64,000 nucleotides of DNA from assembly GCA_043813585.1 (NCBI GenBank), contig JBDRKW010000018.1:3352-67351 (forward strand), in the 5' to 3' direction. A program made the position numbers and the translations under genes. This DNA comes from Candidatus Kerfeldbacteria bacterium. Lineage in GTDB: Bacteria; Patescibacteriota; Patescibacteriia; UBA9570; XYC2-FULL-38-9. Shown here piece after piece: positions 9,141 to 17,903 of this stretch; the stretch's first letter is position 1, and the number at the start of each line of letters is the position of its first letter. The notes under the pieces are model-generated. The model saw nothing but the letters and a program-made list of their open reading frames with translations, did no database searches and had not been told where the DNA came from.

Positions 9141-10130
9141 TTATTTAGCGGTTTCTATTAACCACTGTCCGTTGGTGTTTGTAATGCGGCCGGGAACCGA
9201 GAAGCCCGCGGCTTTCGTATGGCCGCCACCACCGAATAGTGTAGCAATTTTCGACACATCCATCAACGGGTTTGTCGTGCGCAAACTGCCCTTCACAATG
9301 CCGTCACTACGTTCAGAAAGCACCAGCACCGCTTTTGCGTCTGATTGTTCATCCAGCGAGTTCAGGAAGTTCGCGACGCCGTTGATTGCATCTTCACCCA
9401 CGCCGCACTCCTCAAGATCCTTCTGCGTAATAACGGTAATCACAAGCCCACCTTTTGTGCGGGTAAGCCGCTCAAGCGCGCGGCCCCACAGCTTCAGGTC
9501 TTCCACCGGATGGTGCTTTACCGTGTTGGCGGTGATTTTATTGATATTCACCCCGCGCTGCAGCAGCTTTGACGCGGTTCGGATCGCAGAGGCGGTTGTT
9601 GCCAGGTTCGTAAAGCCGCCGGTATCCGTGATCAGGCCGGTCATGAGGCAGGTTGCCATATTCTTGTTCAATACATCGACAGAATCCAGCAGTTCATGCA
9701 CGATCTCGCAAGTAGACGATGCCTCTGTTACCACCAGGTTGTGGTAGCCATAGCCCGGGTTCGTGCCATGATGGTCGATGTTGATGATTTTAAATTCATG
9801 CGTCAGCCGGTCGACGTAATCGGCAATGCCGGCATACTTCAGGTCGCCGGAGTCGAGCACAATTAACAAATCAAACTTCGCTTCTTCAGGATTCCAGACC
9901 TTCTTGTCTGTCGTAATCTTTTTTCGGCCGGGCAGGAACCGATAGGTCTCCGGCAGCTCGTCCACGCAAAAGCAGGTATGCGGCGTATCGATGGTGTCCA
10001 GGTAGTGCGCCAATGCCAAACACGCACCGGCCGTATCGCCATCCGGACCCCGGTGCATCACCATCATCACATGGCGGGCCTGGTTCATTTCGCCCAGTAT
10101 TTGCCTGTAGATTGTTTCAAAAACGTTCAT
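9141..10130 (-). CDS. nrnA: DHH family phosphoesterase (NrnA-like)
   Basis: H..PDGD, IDHH, TDTGGF, GGGH..AAG. Confidence 0.9.
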   Translation of the reverse strand: MNVFETIYRQILGEMNQARHVMMVMHRGPDGDTAGACLALAHYLDTIDTPHTCFCVDELPETYRFLPGRKKITTDKKVWNPEEAKFDLLIVLDSGDLKYAGIADYVDRLTHEFKIINIDHHGTNPGYGYHNLVVTEASSTCEIVHELLDSVDVLNKNMATCLMTGLITDTGGFTNLATTASAIRTASKLLQRGVNINKITANTVKHHPVEDLKLWGRALERLTRTKGGLVITVITQKDLEECGVGEDAINGVANFLNSLDEQSDAKAVLVLSERSDGIVKGSLRTTNPLMDVSKIATLFGGGGHTKAAGFSVPGRITNTNGQWLIETAK

Positions 10131-10197
10131 ATGCGCGCTCACCAAACTAAAGAAGTAAGCTGGTTACCCTACTCTTCCGGCGCCTCTGTGTCAAGGC

Positions 10198-10542
10198 CTA
10201 CGATTTGCTGTTTTTTGAATCAAGAATATCGTAAATGTGTTGCGCATGTATCGCACCTTCATCAAGCTTGAACGTGAGCCGGGGCGTGAATTTGATTGTA
10301 ATCTTAGACCCAAGTTCTTTCTGGATGCGTCCGGCCCGCGCTTGTAAATCCCGCACGACAGAGAGGCGTTTTCCGTCCGGGATGACCGTGACATACACAG
10401 TGGAGTGCTTCAGGTCGCGTGACGTATCCACGGTGGTGATCGTTACAAAAACATCGGGACTAAGGTCGATGTCCCGACTGATAATCTCTGACACGCGCTC
10501 GCGCACGAGCTCGTTTATTTTTTGCATCCGTTCGGCAGCCAT
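10198..10542 (-). CDS. rbfA: Ribosome-binding factor A
   Basis: RbfA-like sequence directly after infB. Confidence 0.92.
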   Translation of the reverse strand: MAAERMQKINELVRERVSEIISRDIDLSPDVFVTITTVDTSRDLKHSTVYVTVIPDGKRLSVVRDLQARAGRIQKELGSKITIKFTPRLTFKLDEGAIHAQHIYDILDSKNSKS

Positions 10543-10544
10543 GG

Positions 10545-12515
10545 TTAGAGCGTGCGTTCCGTTTCTACCTCTTTATGCGCCTCAATGCTGTCGCCTTCCT
10601 GGATATCCGTATCGCCGTCAATGCGCATGCCGCATTCCGAGCCTTTTGTGACTTCGCTGGTTCTTTTCTTTTCTTTTTGCAGTTCTGTAATAACACCCTC
10701 GCCGATCATCTTGCCGCCGCGGACAATTTTCACCGGGGCGTTGTTGCGCATCTTGCCGTCTTCCACGCGGCCGCCGGCAATCACGTAGGTCGCTTCCTTC
10801 TTAAATACCGCCAGCACTTTCAGCGAACCGATCTTTTCAAAGCTTACCTCTTTTTTCAGCAGCTTCTGAAGTTCTTCCTTCGCATAGTCGATCAGGTGGT
10901 AGATGACGTCAAACGTCTTGATCTCGATTTTTTCATCGCGTGCAAACTTTTCCGCTCCGCTGGTCGGGTTAGAATTGAAGCCGAGCACGATCGCGTCTGC
11001 GGCGCGCGCCATGGCAATGTCGTTTTCCGTTATTGCGCCAAGGCCTTTCTGGACAATATCGATTCCGACTTCTTCATGCCTAATGTCATGCAGCGATTGG
11101 ACGATCGCCTCGAGCGAGCCGAGGTTGTCGGCGCGCAGCACGATATACAGCTTTTTCTTTCCTTCTTCATCTCCTTTAATCTGCTTTTTCAGGAATGCGA
11201 ACGAGTCGTATGCTTTGCCGGCCTGCTTCAGCACTTTCTTGTCTGTCACCACCTGCAGGATATCGCCGACCACGGGCGCTTTCTTCAGTCCGAGCACCTG
11301 TACCGGCACAGACGGCCCCGCCTCTTTCAGGCTTTTACCGGTCCAGTCTTTGAGTGAGCGGATGCGCCCCGGGACATTGCCGATCAGTACGATATCGCCG
11401 ATTTTCAGCGTGCCGTTCTGTACAAGCATGGTTGCAACAGGACCCATGTGCTTGTCGACGTTCGATTCAATAACCGTACAGACGGTCTCGCCTTCCGGAT
11501 TTGCCATGATGTTCTCCCTGTCCATATCCGCAACCAGAAGGACGGTGTCGAGCAGTTCGTCGATATTCTTGTTCTCCTTTGCGCTGATTGGAACGGTGAT
11601 GGTTTTACCGCCGTAATCTTCCGGCGCCAGGTTGATTTCCGCCAGTTCCTTTTTCACGCGGTCGATGTCTGCTTCCGGCTTGTCGATTTTATTAATCGCC
11701 ACCACAAATGGCAGCCCCGCTTCCTGTAAAATATGCACTGACTCTATGGTTTGCGGCTTAATGCCATCGTCTGCCGCAATAACTAAAATAGCAATGTCTG
11801 CGACGCGCGCGCCGCGGGAACGCATAGCTGTAAAGGCCTCGTGGCCCGGCGTATCAATGAATGTGACCGCTCTGCCGTTCTTAACCACCTGGTACGCGCC
11901 AATGCTCTGGGTAATTCCGCCAGCTTCCGTATCAATCACGTTCGTGTTACGGATGGCGTCTAAAAGCTTCGTCTTGCCGTGGTCGACGTGGCCCATAATG
12001 ACCACAACCGGTGCGCGGTCTTTCATGTCTTCTTTTTTCTCCTTGTCCTTCACTTCGGCCACAAGGTTGGACCGGTCCTGTTCTGAGGTGTCCACTTCGC
12101 CTTCAAGCGACAATTCAGGGACATACCCTAGGTCTTCCGATATGATCGCGGCCGTTTCGTAATCGAGCGTTTCATTGATTGTCGCCATAATACCGCTCTG
12201 CATAAGGATGGCGATCAGGTCAGGCACGCGCTTCCCCAGAAGGTTGGCAAAATTCTTTACGGTAATTTTATCCGGCAACTTAATGGGCTCCCCGCCTTCT
12301 TTCTTTTCTTCGGTTTCTTCTTTCTTTTCCTCGCCAAAGATGCTCTTTTTTTCACTCTTTTTCCGGTATTCCTTGATTGCAGCAATAATCTTGACCGCAA
12401 CCGTATCATCAAGCTTGATGGCGCGTTCGCCTATATCAAAACCGAGCTCCTGCACCAGGGTGAAGAACTCGTCCTTTGTCATTTTTAACTCTCGATAGAG
12501 CTCTGTGACATTCAT
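10545..12515 (-). CDS. infB: Translation initiation factor IF-2
   Basis: [21 protein letters not shown]. Confidence 0.97.
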   Translation of the reverse strand: MNVTELYRELKMTKDEFFTLVQELGFDIGERAIKLDDTVAVKIIAAIKEYRKKSEKKSIFGEEKKEETEEKKEGGEPIKLPDKITVKNFANLLGKRVPDLIAILMQSGIMATINETLDYETAAIISEDLGYVPELSLEGEVDTSEQDRSNLVAEVKDKEKKEDMKDRAPVVVIMGHVDHGKTKLLDAIRNTNVIDTEAGGITQSIGAYQVVKNGRAVTFIDTPGHEAFTAMRSRGARVADIAILVIAADDGIKPQTIESVHILQEAGLPFVVAINKIDKPEADIDRVKKELAEINLAPEDYGGKTITVPISAKENKNIDELLDTVLLVADMDRENIMANPEGETVCTVIESNVDKHMGPVATMLVQNGTLKIGDIVLIGNVPGRIRSLKDWTGKSLKEAGPSVPVQVLGLKKAPVVGDILQVVTDKKVLKQAGKAYDSFAFLKKQIKGDEEGKKKLYIVLRADNLGSLEAIVQSLHDIRHEEVGIDIVQKGLGAITENDIAMARAADAIVLGFNSNPTSGAEKFARDEKIEIKTFDVIYHLIDYAKEELQKLLKKEVSFEKIGSLKVLAVFKKEATYVIAGGRVEDGKMRNNAPVKIVRGGKMIGEGVITELQKEKKRTSEVTKGSECGMRIDGDTDIQEGDSIEAHKEVETERTL

Positions 12516-12596
12516 AGCGTAAGGAGAATACAATTTTAAGCCCTTTTTGTCAATAAAAAAGCCGTCATACGACGTCCATACATGGTTTTGCTCTAG

Positions 12597-13382
12597 TTAG
12601 TTTGAATCGCTTTCAATCTGGCGGTCTTTTCCCACGATGATCTTCTGCGAGCGCGTTACGACATCGATCTCGCAAGGAGTATTTATTGTCGACACGCCAT
12701 CTGCATTCACCGATAACGTCTCTCCATCAGCATCCACATCAATATGCGTCACCGGGAAGACGCTTTCCTTAACGCCGCTATGCTTCTTCTTTCGACGCAA
12801 CATTCCCCCTTCAACAACCGGTGAGATGACAAGCTCCAGCTTGCCGTCAGAAGCATACGCCAGCCGCGGCGCCCCTTCACCCAAAATATCGCCCATGTTC
12901 ATCACGCGCACCCGGTTCGTGTCAGAGGTCGTCTGCACGGTGTACTGCTTATCGCATGTTATTTTCAAATTCGTATGCGACGGGAGCTCAACGCTTCCCA
13001 AAAAGTAATAGTCGTTCACTTTGCCAAGATCAGTGGTAGTAAACAGGCGCCGCGACAATGTCGTACACGCCTCTTCGCCGGTGGGGATGCCGAGCACTTC
13101 GGCAAAACGCGAACCTTCAATCATCGGAATATAACCGAGCGTCACGTCATAGGGAGCAACAATGTTTACAAGTGTGGCAAACGTCCTGTCGTCCCCCACT
13201 GCCACAACCGTGTGCGCGCCTTTCTTGATACCGTCCTCGATCAGCTCGCGTGCGTTTTTGAAAATCGAAAGTTTCTCAACGCGCCCGTTGATTCCGAGTT
13301 CGATCAGACGGGTTTCGATAAGCGTCAGTACCTGTTCGTACTGCTTGTCGGCTGTGAATTTATCGTAGAAATAAAAATACAT
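12597..13382 (-). CDS. Diacylglycerol kinase / NAD kinase-like protein (degenerate GGDGT motif)
   Basis: VAVGDDRT, LGYIP, DLGKVN..YF, DGKLEL, ADG. Confidence 0.7.
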   Translation of the reverse strand: MYFYFYDKFTADKQYEQVLTLIETRLIELGINGRVEKLSIFKNARELIEDGIKKGAHTVVAVGDDRTFATLVNIVAPYDVTLGYIPMIEGSRFAEVLGIPTGEEACTTLSRRLFTTTDLGKVNDYYFLGSVELPSHTNLKITCDKQYTVQTTSDTNRVRVMNMGDILGEGAPRLAYASDGKLELVISPVVEGGMLRRKKKHSGVKESVFPVTHIDVDADGETLSVNADGVSTINTPCEIDVVTRSQKIIVGKDRQIESDSN

Positions 13383-13411
13383 CGTCCGCTGTTAAACCAG
13401 CGCTCCGAACA

Positions 13412-13846
13412 CTATCCTTCTGACTCTTCTTTCTTAGCGTCCTTTTCCTCTTTCTTGTCAGTGTCGGAAGAAACCGGTGCACCTTGTCCTGATGTGCAGC
13501 GTCCCTGCATGACGGCTCCATTTTCTACAGCGATCACCTCTGTCTCAATATCGCCGTACACTTTCGCGCTTGAGGCCAGCTGAACAGCACCTAGTGCTTT
13601 TAGGTTGCCCTTCACCTCGCCGGAGATGTGCATGTTGTTTGCCTCAACGTCCGCTTCAATGCGTGCGTCGCTTCCAACGGTCAGGTCTTTGCTTGTTTTC
13701 AGCGTGCCGACAACTTCCCCTTCCACCAAAATATTATCGTCACTCTGGAACGTTCCTTCCACCTTCACGGTCGGTCCAATAATGGTTTCTGCGCTGCCGG
13801 AAGTGGCCATGCTTGGCGCTTCGCCGTCCTCCTCTTTTGAGAACAT
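13412..13846 (-). CDS. Bactofilin (polymer-forming cytoskeletal protein)
   Basis: TIIG..V.VEG...V.G.V.G beta-helix repeats. Confidence 0.9.
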   Translation of the reverse strand: MFSKEEDGEAPSMATSGSAETIIGPTVKVEGTFQSDDNILVEGEVVGTLKTSKDLTVGSDARIEADVEANNMHISGEVKGNLKALGAVQLASSAKVYGDIETEVIAVENGAVMQGRCTSGQGAPVSSDTDKKEEKDAKKEESEG

Positions 13847-13998
13847 CGCTCCCATAAATGTATGATTCAAAATTGTTAGATGCAGGGTTCAGAGTACCGA
13901 ATAGGGGGTGCAATGTCAAAGCTCATGCCTTGTCAAAAATGCAAAAAACAAGTTTAATGAGGAGAGCCCTTTTATTGAAGGGGCATAACAGTGAGACA

Positions 13999-14178
13999 AT
14001 GGACGAAACAACGCAACAACCGGAAAAGAAGATAACCCTGCGAAAGGACCTACTCACAATTTTTGTCATGGCAGTGGCGCTATGTGCGGTATTGGGAGTT
14101 GTTCTGTATTTTGATATAACGCAAGATGCCATTACTTCGTGGTCGCACAGCTTTTACCAGGCGATCCTGAGGCAATAA
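13999..14178 (+). CDS. Small single-TM membrane protein
   Basis: 59 aa MDETTQQPEKK... with one hydrophobic helix. Confidence 0.55.
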   Translation: MDETTQQPEKKITLRKDLLTIFVMAVALCAVLGVVLYFDITQDAITSWSHSFYQAILRQ

Positions 14179-14228
14179 TATTTTACGACGCTTGTACTTT
14201 GCTAACTTTAGCAAAAATCTTATAATAT

Positions 14229-14300
14229 ACCCCTGTAGTTCAATGGATAGAACAAGGCACTCCTAACGCCTAAATGGTGGTTCGATTCCTCCCGGGGGTA
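14229..14300 (+). tRNA. tRNA-Arg(CCT)
   Basis: Cloverleaf; loop CT-CCT-AA; single mismatches in anticodon and T stems; TATAAT at 14221. Confidence 0.85.
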
Positions 14301-14311
14301 CAAGGCAATAA

Positions 14312-14384
14312 GGGCCCGTAGCTCATCTGGTAGAGCGCAGCATTCGCATTGCTGAGGTAAGCGGTTCAAGTCCGCTCGGGTCCA
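14312..14384 (+). tRNA. tRNA-Ala(CGC)
   Basis: CAGCA-TT-CGC-AT-TGCTG; G3-U70. Confidence 0.92.
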
Positions 14385-14408
14385 CAATACGCCGGTATTC
14401 TGCTACAC

Positions 14409-14482
14409 GGACGATTAGCTCAGCTGGTTAGAGCGCACGATTCACATTCGTGAGGTCACTGGTTCGATCCCAGTATCGTCCA
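14409..14482 (+). tRNA. tRNA-Val(CAC)
   Basis: CACGA-TT-CAC-AT-TCGTG. Confidence 0.92.
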
Positions 14483-14504
14483 CATGTTCTTCACAAGTTA
14501 TGAA

Positions 14505-14520
14505 TGTTCCACGTAGAACA
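14505..14520. promoter_or_regulatory. parS site (1 mismatch)
   Basis: TGTTCCACGTAGAACA. Confidence 0.7.
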
Positions 14521-14530
14521 TTTATTATAA

Positions 14531-14602
14531 GGGCTCGTAGCTTAGTGGTAAAGCGCTAGTATGGCATACTAGAGATCGTGGGTTCAATTCCCACCGAGTC
14601 CA
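14531..14602 (+). tRNA. tRNA-Ala(GGC)
   Basis: CTAGT-AT-GGC-AT-ACTAG. Confidence 0.92.
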
Positions 14603-14610
14603 CAAAAGTA

Positions 14611-14639
14611 TTGACAAAACGCGAATTTTCGTGTAATAT
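14611..14639 (+). promoter_or_regulatory. sigma70-like promoter of Cys-rich microprotein
   Basis: TTGACA-N17-TAATAT. Confidence 0.65.
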
Positions 14640-14677
14640 ACATACTTGTAGTTACTTAAAAAGTAATACATAAATAT

Positions 14678-14779
14678 ATGGGATGTGGATGCGGATGTGG
14701 TCCTGAAACTCCTGAAGAGAAGCCAAAGGACCCTGAAGCTGCATGTGAATGCGGCGAACCAAATTGCGATTGCGAATAA
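14678..14779 (+). CDS. 33-aa Cys-rich metallothionein-like microprotein
   Basis: MGCGCGCGPETPEEKPKDPEAACECGEPNCDCE*; own promoter and terminator. Confidence 0.7.
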   Translation: MGCGCGCGPETPEEKPKDPEAACECGEPNCDCE

Positions 14780-14798
14780 TCGCACAAATACTATGAAT

Positions 14799-14826
14799 GA
14801 AGCCCGGCTCGATGCCGGGCTTTTTC
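14799..14826 (+). terminator. Intrinsic terminator
   Basis: AAGCCCGGC-TCGAT-GCCGGGCTT followed by T-run. Confidence 0.8.
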
Positions 14827-14846
14827 GTTATCCAATACATCCATTA

Positions 14847-14862
14847 TGTTCCACGTGGAACA
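14847..14862. promoter_or_regulatory. parS site (perfect palindrome)
   Basis: TGTTCCACGTGGAACA. Confidence 0.85.
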
Positions 14863-15630
14863 TTATTTGTCTGTTCTTCCTTTCTTGGGAATATCCCGGG
14901 GAGGTTTCGCCTGATTCCATGCCAAGTCAAACAGCGAGCGAAATGTACGCACGACATCCTTTGATTCTATGGTGACTGCGAACGGTTCTTCTAACGAAGC
15001 CACAAGCAACGTATTTCCATATAGCGCATTATCTCCAAAAAATGGATATCGATCATCGATAAGGCGAACCTTATGGAACCGGCTGACGTTCTTCTTGGCC
15101 CATGCAAGATTATATTGATCAAGAGTGAGAATTTCTCGCGCAACGACTTCTCCTGAAGTCATTTTGCCTAGCCACGCATCCATTCTGGACTGGGGTATTA
15201 TCTTTTCGAACTTGGCCGCGTCTGTGCCAAAGAAGTCGATAGTAGAATAATCGCGAAAAATCGTTTCATAAAGCTGGACAAATTCATCGCTGCCCGAATA
15301 GAACCGGACATTCGGTTTCGTGCCCTCCTTCATGTAAAGGTCATCAAGCAGCGGTTTCATGCTTCGGAAGGAATCAAGCTGCTGCTCGAGTTGCTGACCA
15401 AGCACTGATGGATCAGCAGATTCATATAATGTTGTCGCACCTTTCTTTATTTGCCGCACCAGGCTGCGCTCCTGCAGTTCATCAAGGACGACATATGTAG
15501 TTGACCGCTTGATGCGCGCCTTTCTTGAAATTTCAAGAACGCTTGCCTGGCCAAGCTCAAGAGCGGACAGATAGATCTTTGATTGTTTGGCATTTAAGCC
15601 AAGCTGGGTCAGCTGATCAGGCAGGTTCAT
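14863..15630 (-). CDS. TrmB family transcriptional regulator
   Basis: LGL...SKIYL..LELG...EISRKA.IKRST.Y HTH, P.VRFYSG, PLD-like sensor domain. Confidence 0.88.
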   Translation of the reverse strand: MNLPDQLTQLGLNAKQSKIYLSALELGQASVLEISRKARIKRSTTYVVLDELQERSLVRQIKKGATTLYESADPSVLGQQLEQQLDSFRSMKPLLDDLYMKEGTKPNVRFYSGSDEFVQLYETIFRDYSTIDFFGTDAAKFEKIIPQSRMDAWLGKMTSGEVVAREILTLDQYNLAWAKKNVSRFHKVRLIDDRYPFFGDNALYGNTLLVASLEEPFAVTIESKDVVRTFRSLFDLAWNQAKPPRDIPKKGRTDK

Positions 15631-15634
15631 AATC

Positions 15635-15716
15635 TGTCAAAAGAATTGACAACATATTATGCCCTATTTATAGCAGAATACCGTAAATTAGGCAAAATCT
15701 GTCAATAATATTGACG
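15635..15716. promoter_or_regulatory. Two palindromic operator-like boxes
   Basis: TGTCAA-N5-TTGACA (15635-15651) and TGTCAA-N5-TTGACG (15700-15716), both preceded by AATC. Confidence 0.6.
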
Positions 15717-15803
15717 CAAATTCATGATTGGAATATTCTATCACGTTCTAAACCGAAGGGATTATCCATCGGAAAGAACGCACCTACAACAGAGGATAAG
15801 AAA

Positions 15804-16325
15804 ATGAAGCGCAACATCATCGGACTAGTCGTTGCCACCGTAATCTTTGCCATCTCCACTTCTGCGGTTGCCGGGGAGGAGTTACCCAAGCCCAGCGCCG
15901 TCGTGAACCTGGGGACAAACGCCACGATTCTACTGCCAACCGGAGAAGCAATCGGTGGGTACGTAGCCGTCGGTCCGAGTCTGCTGATTCCGGTTCGCGG
16001 GCCATTCAGCATCATCCCGGGCGCACAGTTCGAGGTCGCACCCGAGCTGGGGAACTGGGGGTTCCTTGGCAGCATGGTCTTCGACTTCCTGCTCACCGAC
16101 TGGTTTGCGCTGGACGCAACCGTGATGATCATCCACGACGTGGACCCGGTTCTGCGCGCGGAACGCGGAAGAGGAGCCACTGCGTATTTCAGCGTCGGCG
16201 GGGGACCGACATTCATCCTGCCGAACGGCCTGTCGATCTCGCCGTTCTGCCTGGCCACGGTGAGCCTGGAGGGGTTCGGCTGGGCCCTGAACCCGGGCAT
16301 CGCCCTGGGCATACCACTGCCGTAG
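15804..16325 (+). CDS. Secreted hydrophobic beta-rich protein (beta-barrel-like)
   Basis: Signal peptide ending AVA, amphipathic beta-strand pattern, GC-rich codons. Confidence 0.7.
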   Translation: MKRNIIGLVVATVIFAISTSAVAGEELPKPSAVVNLGTNATILLPTGEAIGGYVAVGPSLLIPVRGPFSIIPGAQFEVAPELGNWGFLGSMVFDFLLTDWFALDATVMIIHDVDPVLRAERGRGATAYFSVGGGPTFILPNGLSISPFCLATVSLEGFGWALNPGIALGIPLP

Positions 16326-16344
16326 AAGGAAGGGGACATATGTT

Positions 16345-16575
16345 ATGGTCGACCTCAACGCGTGTGCAGACTTCGTAGAATGGGTCGGTACCCTCGTCGC
16401 CGCAGAACAACTGAAAGAAGCGGCGATCTTAAGTACGGAAACCGGCCAACTCCGTGAGATGCAGCTGCAACACTTGCACGCCTGCACATCCTGTCAACAA
16501 CATCTTCGCTCTGCGCTTGCAAAAGCAAAAGCCCGACTACACGTGCTTTCTGCACTCGCCCGCACCCTGGAGTAA
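16345..16575 (+). CDS. Small protein with zf-HC2-like (anti-sigma zinc finger) motif
   Basis: C near N-terminus plus HLHACTSC (HxxxCxxC); purine-rich RBS. Confidence 0.55.
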   Translation: MVDLNACADFVEWVGTLVAAEQLKEAAILSTETGQLREMQLQHLHACTSCQQHLRSALAKAKARLHVLSALARTLE

Positions 16576-16604
16576 TCCAGGAGCTGCGGGCTTCTTTTTT
16601 ACTC

Positions 16605-16633
16605 TTGACGCTGTTGTTCGACGGAATTATAAT
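16605..16633 (+). promoter_or_regulatory. Near-consensus sigma70 promoter
   Basis: TTGACG-N17-TATAAT. Confidence 0.7.
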
Positions 16634-16784
16634 TCTTTCCCCCGGAAGTCTAATTTCCGGGAAATACAAGTGATCCCTTCCGGATAGCAGCGCGCTGACG
16701 CTTCTGCCCGGAGGGGATCACATCAAGCGGGTAGCGATGTGTCTTGCGGTGATTCCCTCGCCGCTAACCAGTAACAAGACGCAT

Positions 16785-16958
16785 ATGCGACACACCATCG
16801 CTTTGCTACTCGTATGCGCCGCGCTGTGGGATGTTGTCCACGGACACCATCACCTCCATGTCGAGCCGCCGCAGGTGAGAATCATCTTTGCGAATCCGGT
16901 TTGCCGGAATTGCGAACATGTCCGCCTAGCGTGGCACGCCGCGGCACCGGCCCTTTGA
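16785..16958 (+). CDS. Putative small His/Cys-rich peptide with hydrophobic N-terminus
   Basis: MRHTIALLLVCAALWDVVHGHHHLH...CRNCEH; terminator-like hairpin at about 16950-16980. Confidence 0.4.
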   Translation: MRHTIALLLVCAALWDVVHGHHHLHVEPPQVRIIFANPVCRNCEHVRLAWHAAAPAL

Positions 16959-17009
16959 GCTTTGCTCTCAGGGCCTTTTCCTTATAAAAAAACGACCCCT
17001 GCAGAAATA

Positions 17010-17405
17010 CTACAGGGGAGCGGCGAACGGGTCGCCCGGAGCGGGAGGCGCTTCGCAGCGGAACATCGCCACACCGCGTTCGTGCTCGAATACGGTCTTC
17101 CATTCGTTGGCCACGGCAGAGAGCGTGTACTTCGGCCGGTGGTCCGGCAGTACCACGACCATCCGGCAGGTCCAGATGCCGAACGGATCGTCCGGCACCT
17201 CGTGCGACACTCGCATTGGCTCATGCTTGACCCACTCGATTGGGTCGTCATCGCCCAGTTCTACCGACGCACCGGTCGGCAGGCACAGGCGCACGTCCTG
17301 TGTGCGCATCATGGTTACGACCAACTCCCGGAGGAGCCGCCGCATGTTGTAGTCGTTGGTCCGTCCGTCCACACAGACCGTGACATCCACGGGAAAACGC
17401 CTCAT
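17010..17405 (-). CDS. Hypothetical protein (possible paralog of 17402-17779)
   Basis: ATGA overlap with upstream ORF, GC-rich codon usage. Confidence 0.6.
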   Translation of the reverse strand: MRRFPVDVTVCVDGRTNDYNMRRLLRELVVTMMRTQDVRLCLPTGASVELGDDDPIEWVKHEPMRVSHEVPDDPFGIWTCRMVVVLPDHRPKYTLSAVANEWKTVFEHERGVAMFRCEAPPAPGDPFAAPL

Positions 17406-17779
17406 TTTGTTGGCCTCCTTTTCTCTACGAGGCAGCCAAGAGCCGGCTCGTCATCTGTATGGGGGATGAACCAGAGGTCTTCGAGAAGACTGGCGTGCAG
17501 TTTTTTCTTCCACTTCACAATCAGCGGAATCAGCTGCATCTCCCGGTTGTCGATGCATATCGTCAGCGTCGCATACCAGGTCGGGTAACTGCAGCCGGGG
17601 ACCTCGGTCCAGGTAACGTCACTGGTGCGCGTCGGGTTAACGACTAATGCTCGCTCATTGAGCAGCACGATCCCGCTCGTGCGTGCTATGGTAACTAACA
17701 GGTTGAACAGCCACCCGCGGGCATGGCCCCGACAGCGTTCTTTCAACACGGCGACCAGCGTAATGCGATACCTTGCCAT
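17402..17779 (-). CDS. Hypothetical protein
   Basis: AGGAGG RBS; translationally coupled to next ORF. Confidence 0.6.
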   Translation of the reverse strand: MARYRITLVAVLKERCRGHARGWLFNLLVTIARTSGIVLLNERALVVNPTRTSDVTWTEVPGCSYPTWYATLTICIDNREMQLIPLIVKWKKKLHASLLEDLWFIPHTDDEPALGCLVEKRRPTK

Positions 17780-17903
17780 CGGCGTGTCCTCCTCATAGTG
17801 GATACGGGCATGAATTGTGCATGTGGTTTGTATAAGGAAAAGCTGGTATTGTCAATCAGCAGTACGACTTCACATAATATCGTGAAATTGGTAGCGTAGA
17901 GGC

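Noticed and set aside
14685-14975. 96-aa ORF in the track
   Set aside because: Runs through a terminator and parS into trmB; the 33-aa frame fits the promoter and terminator better.
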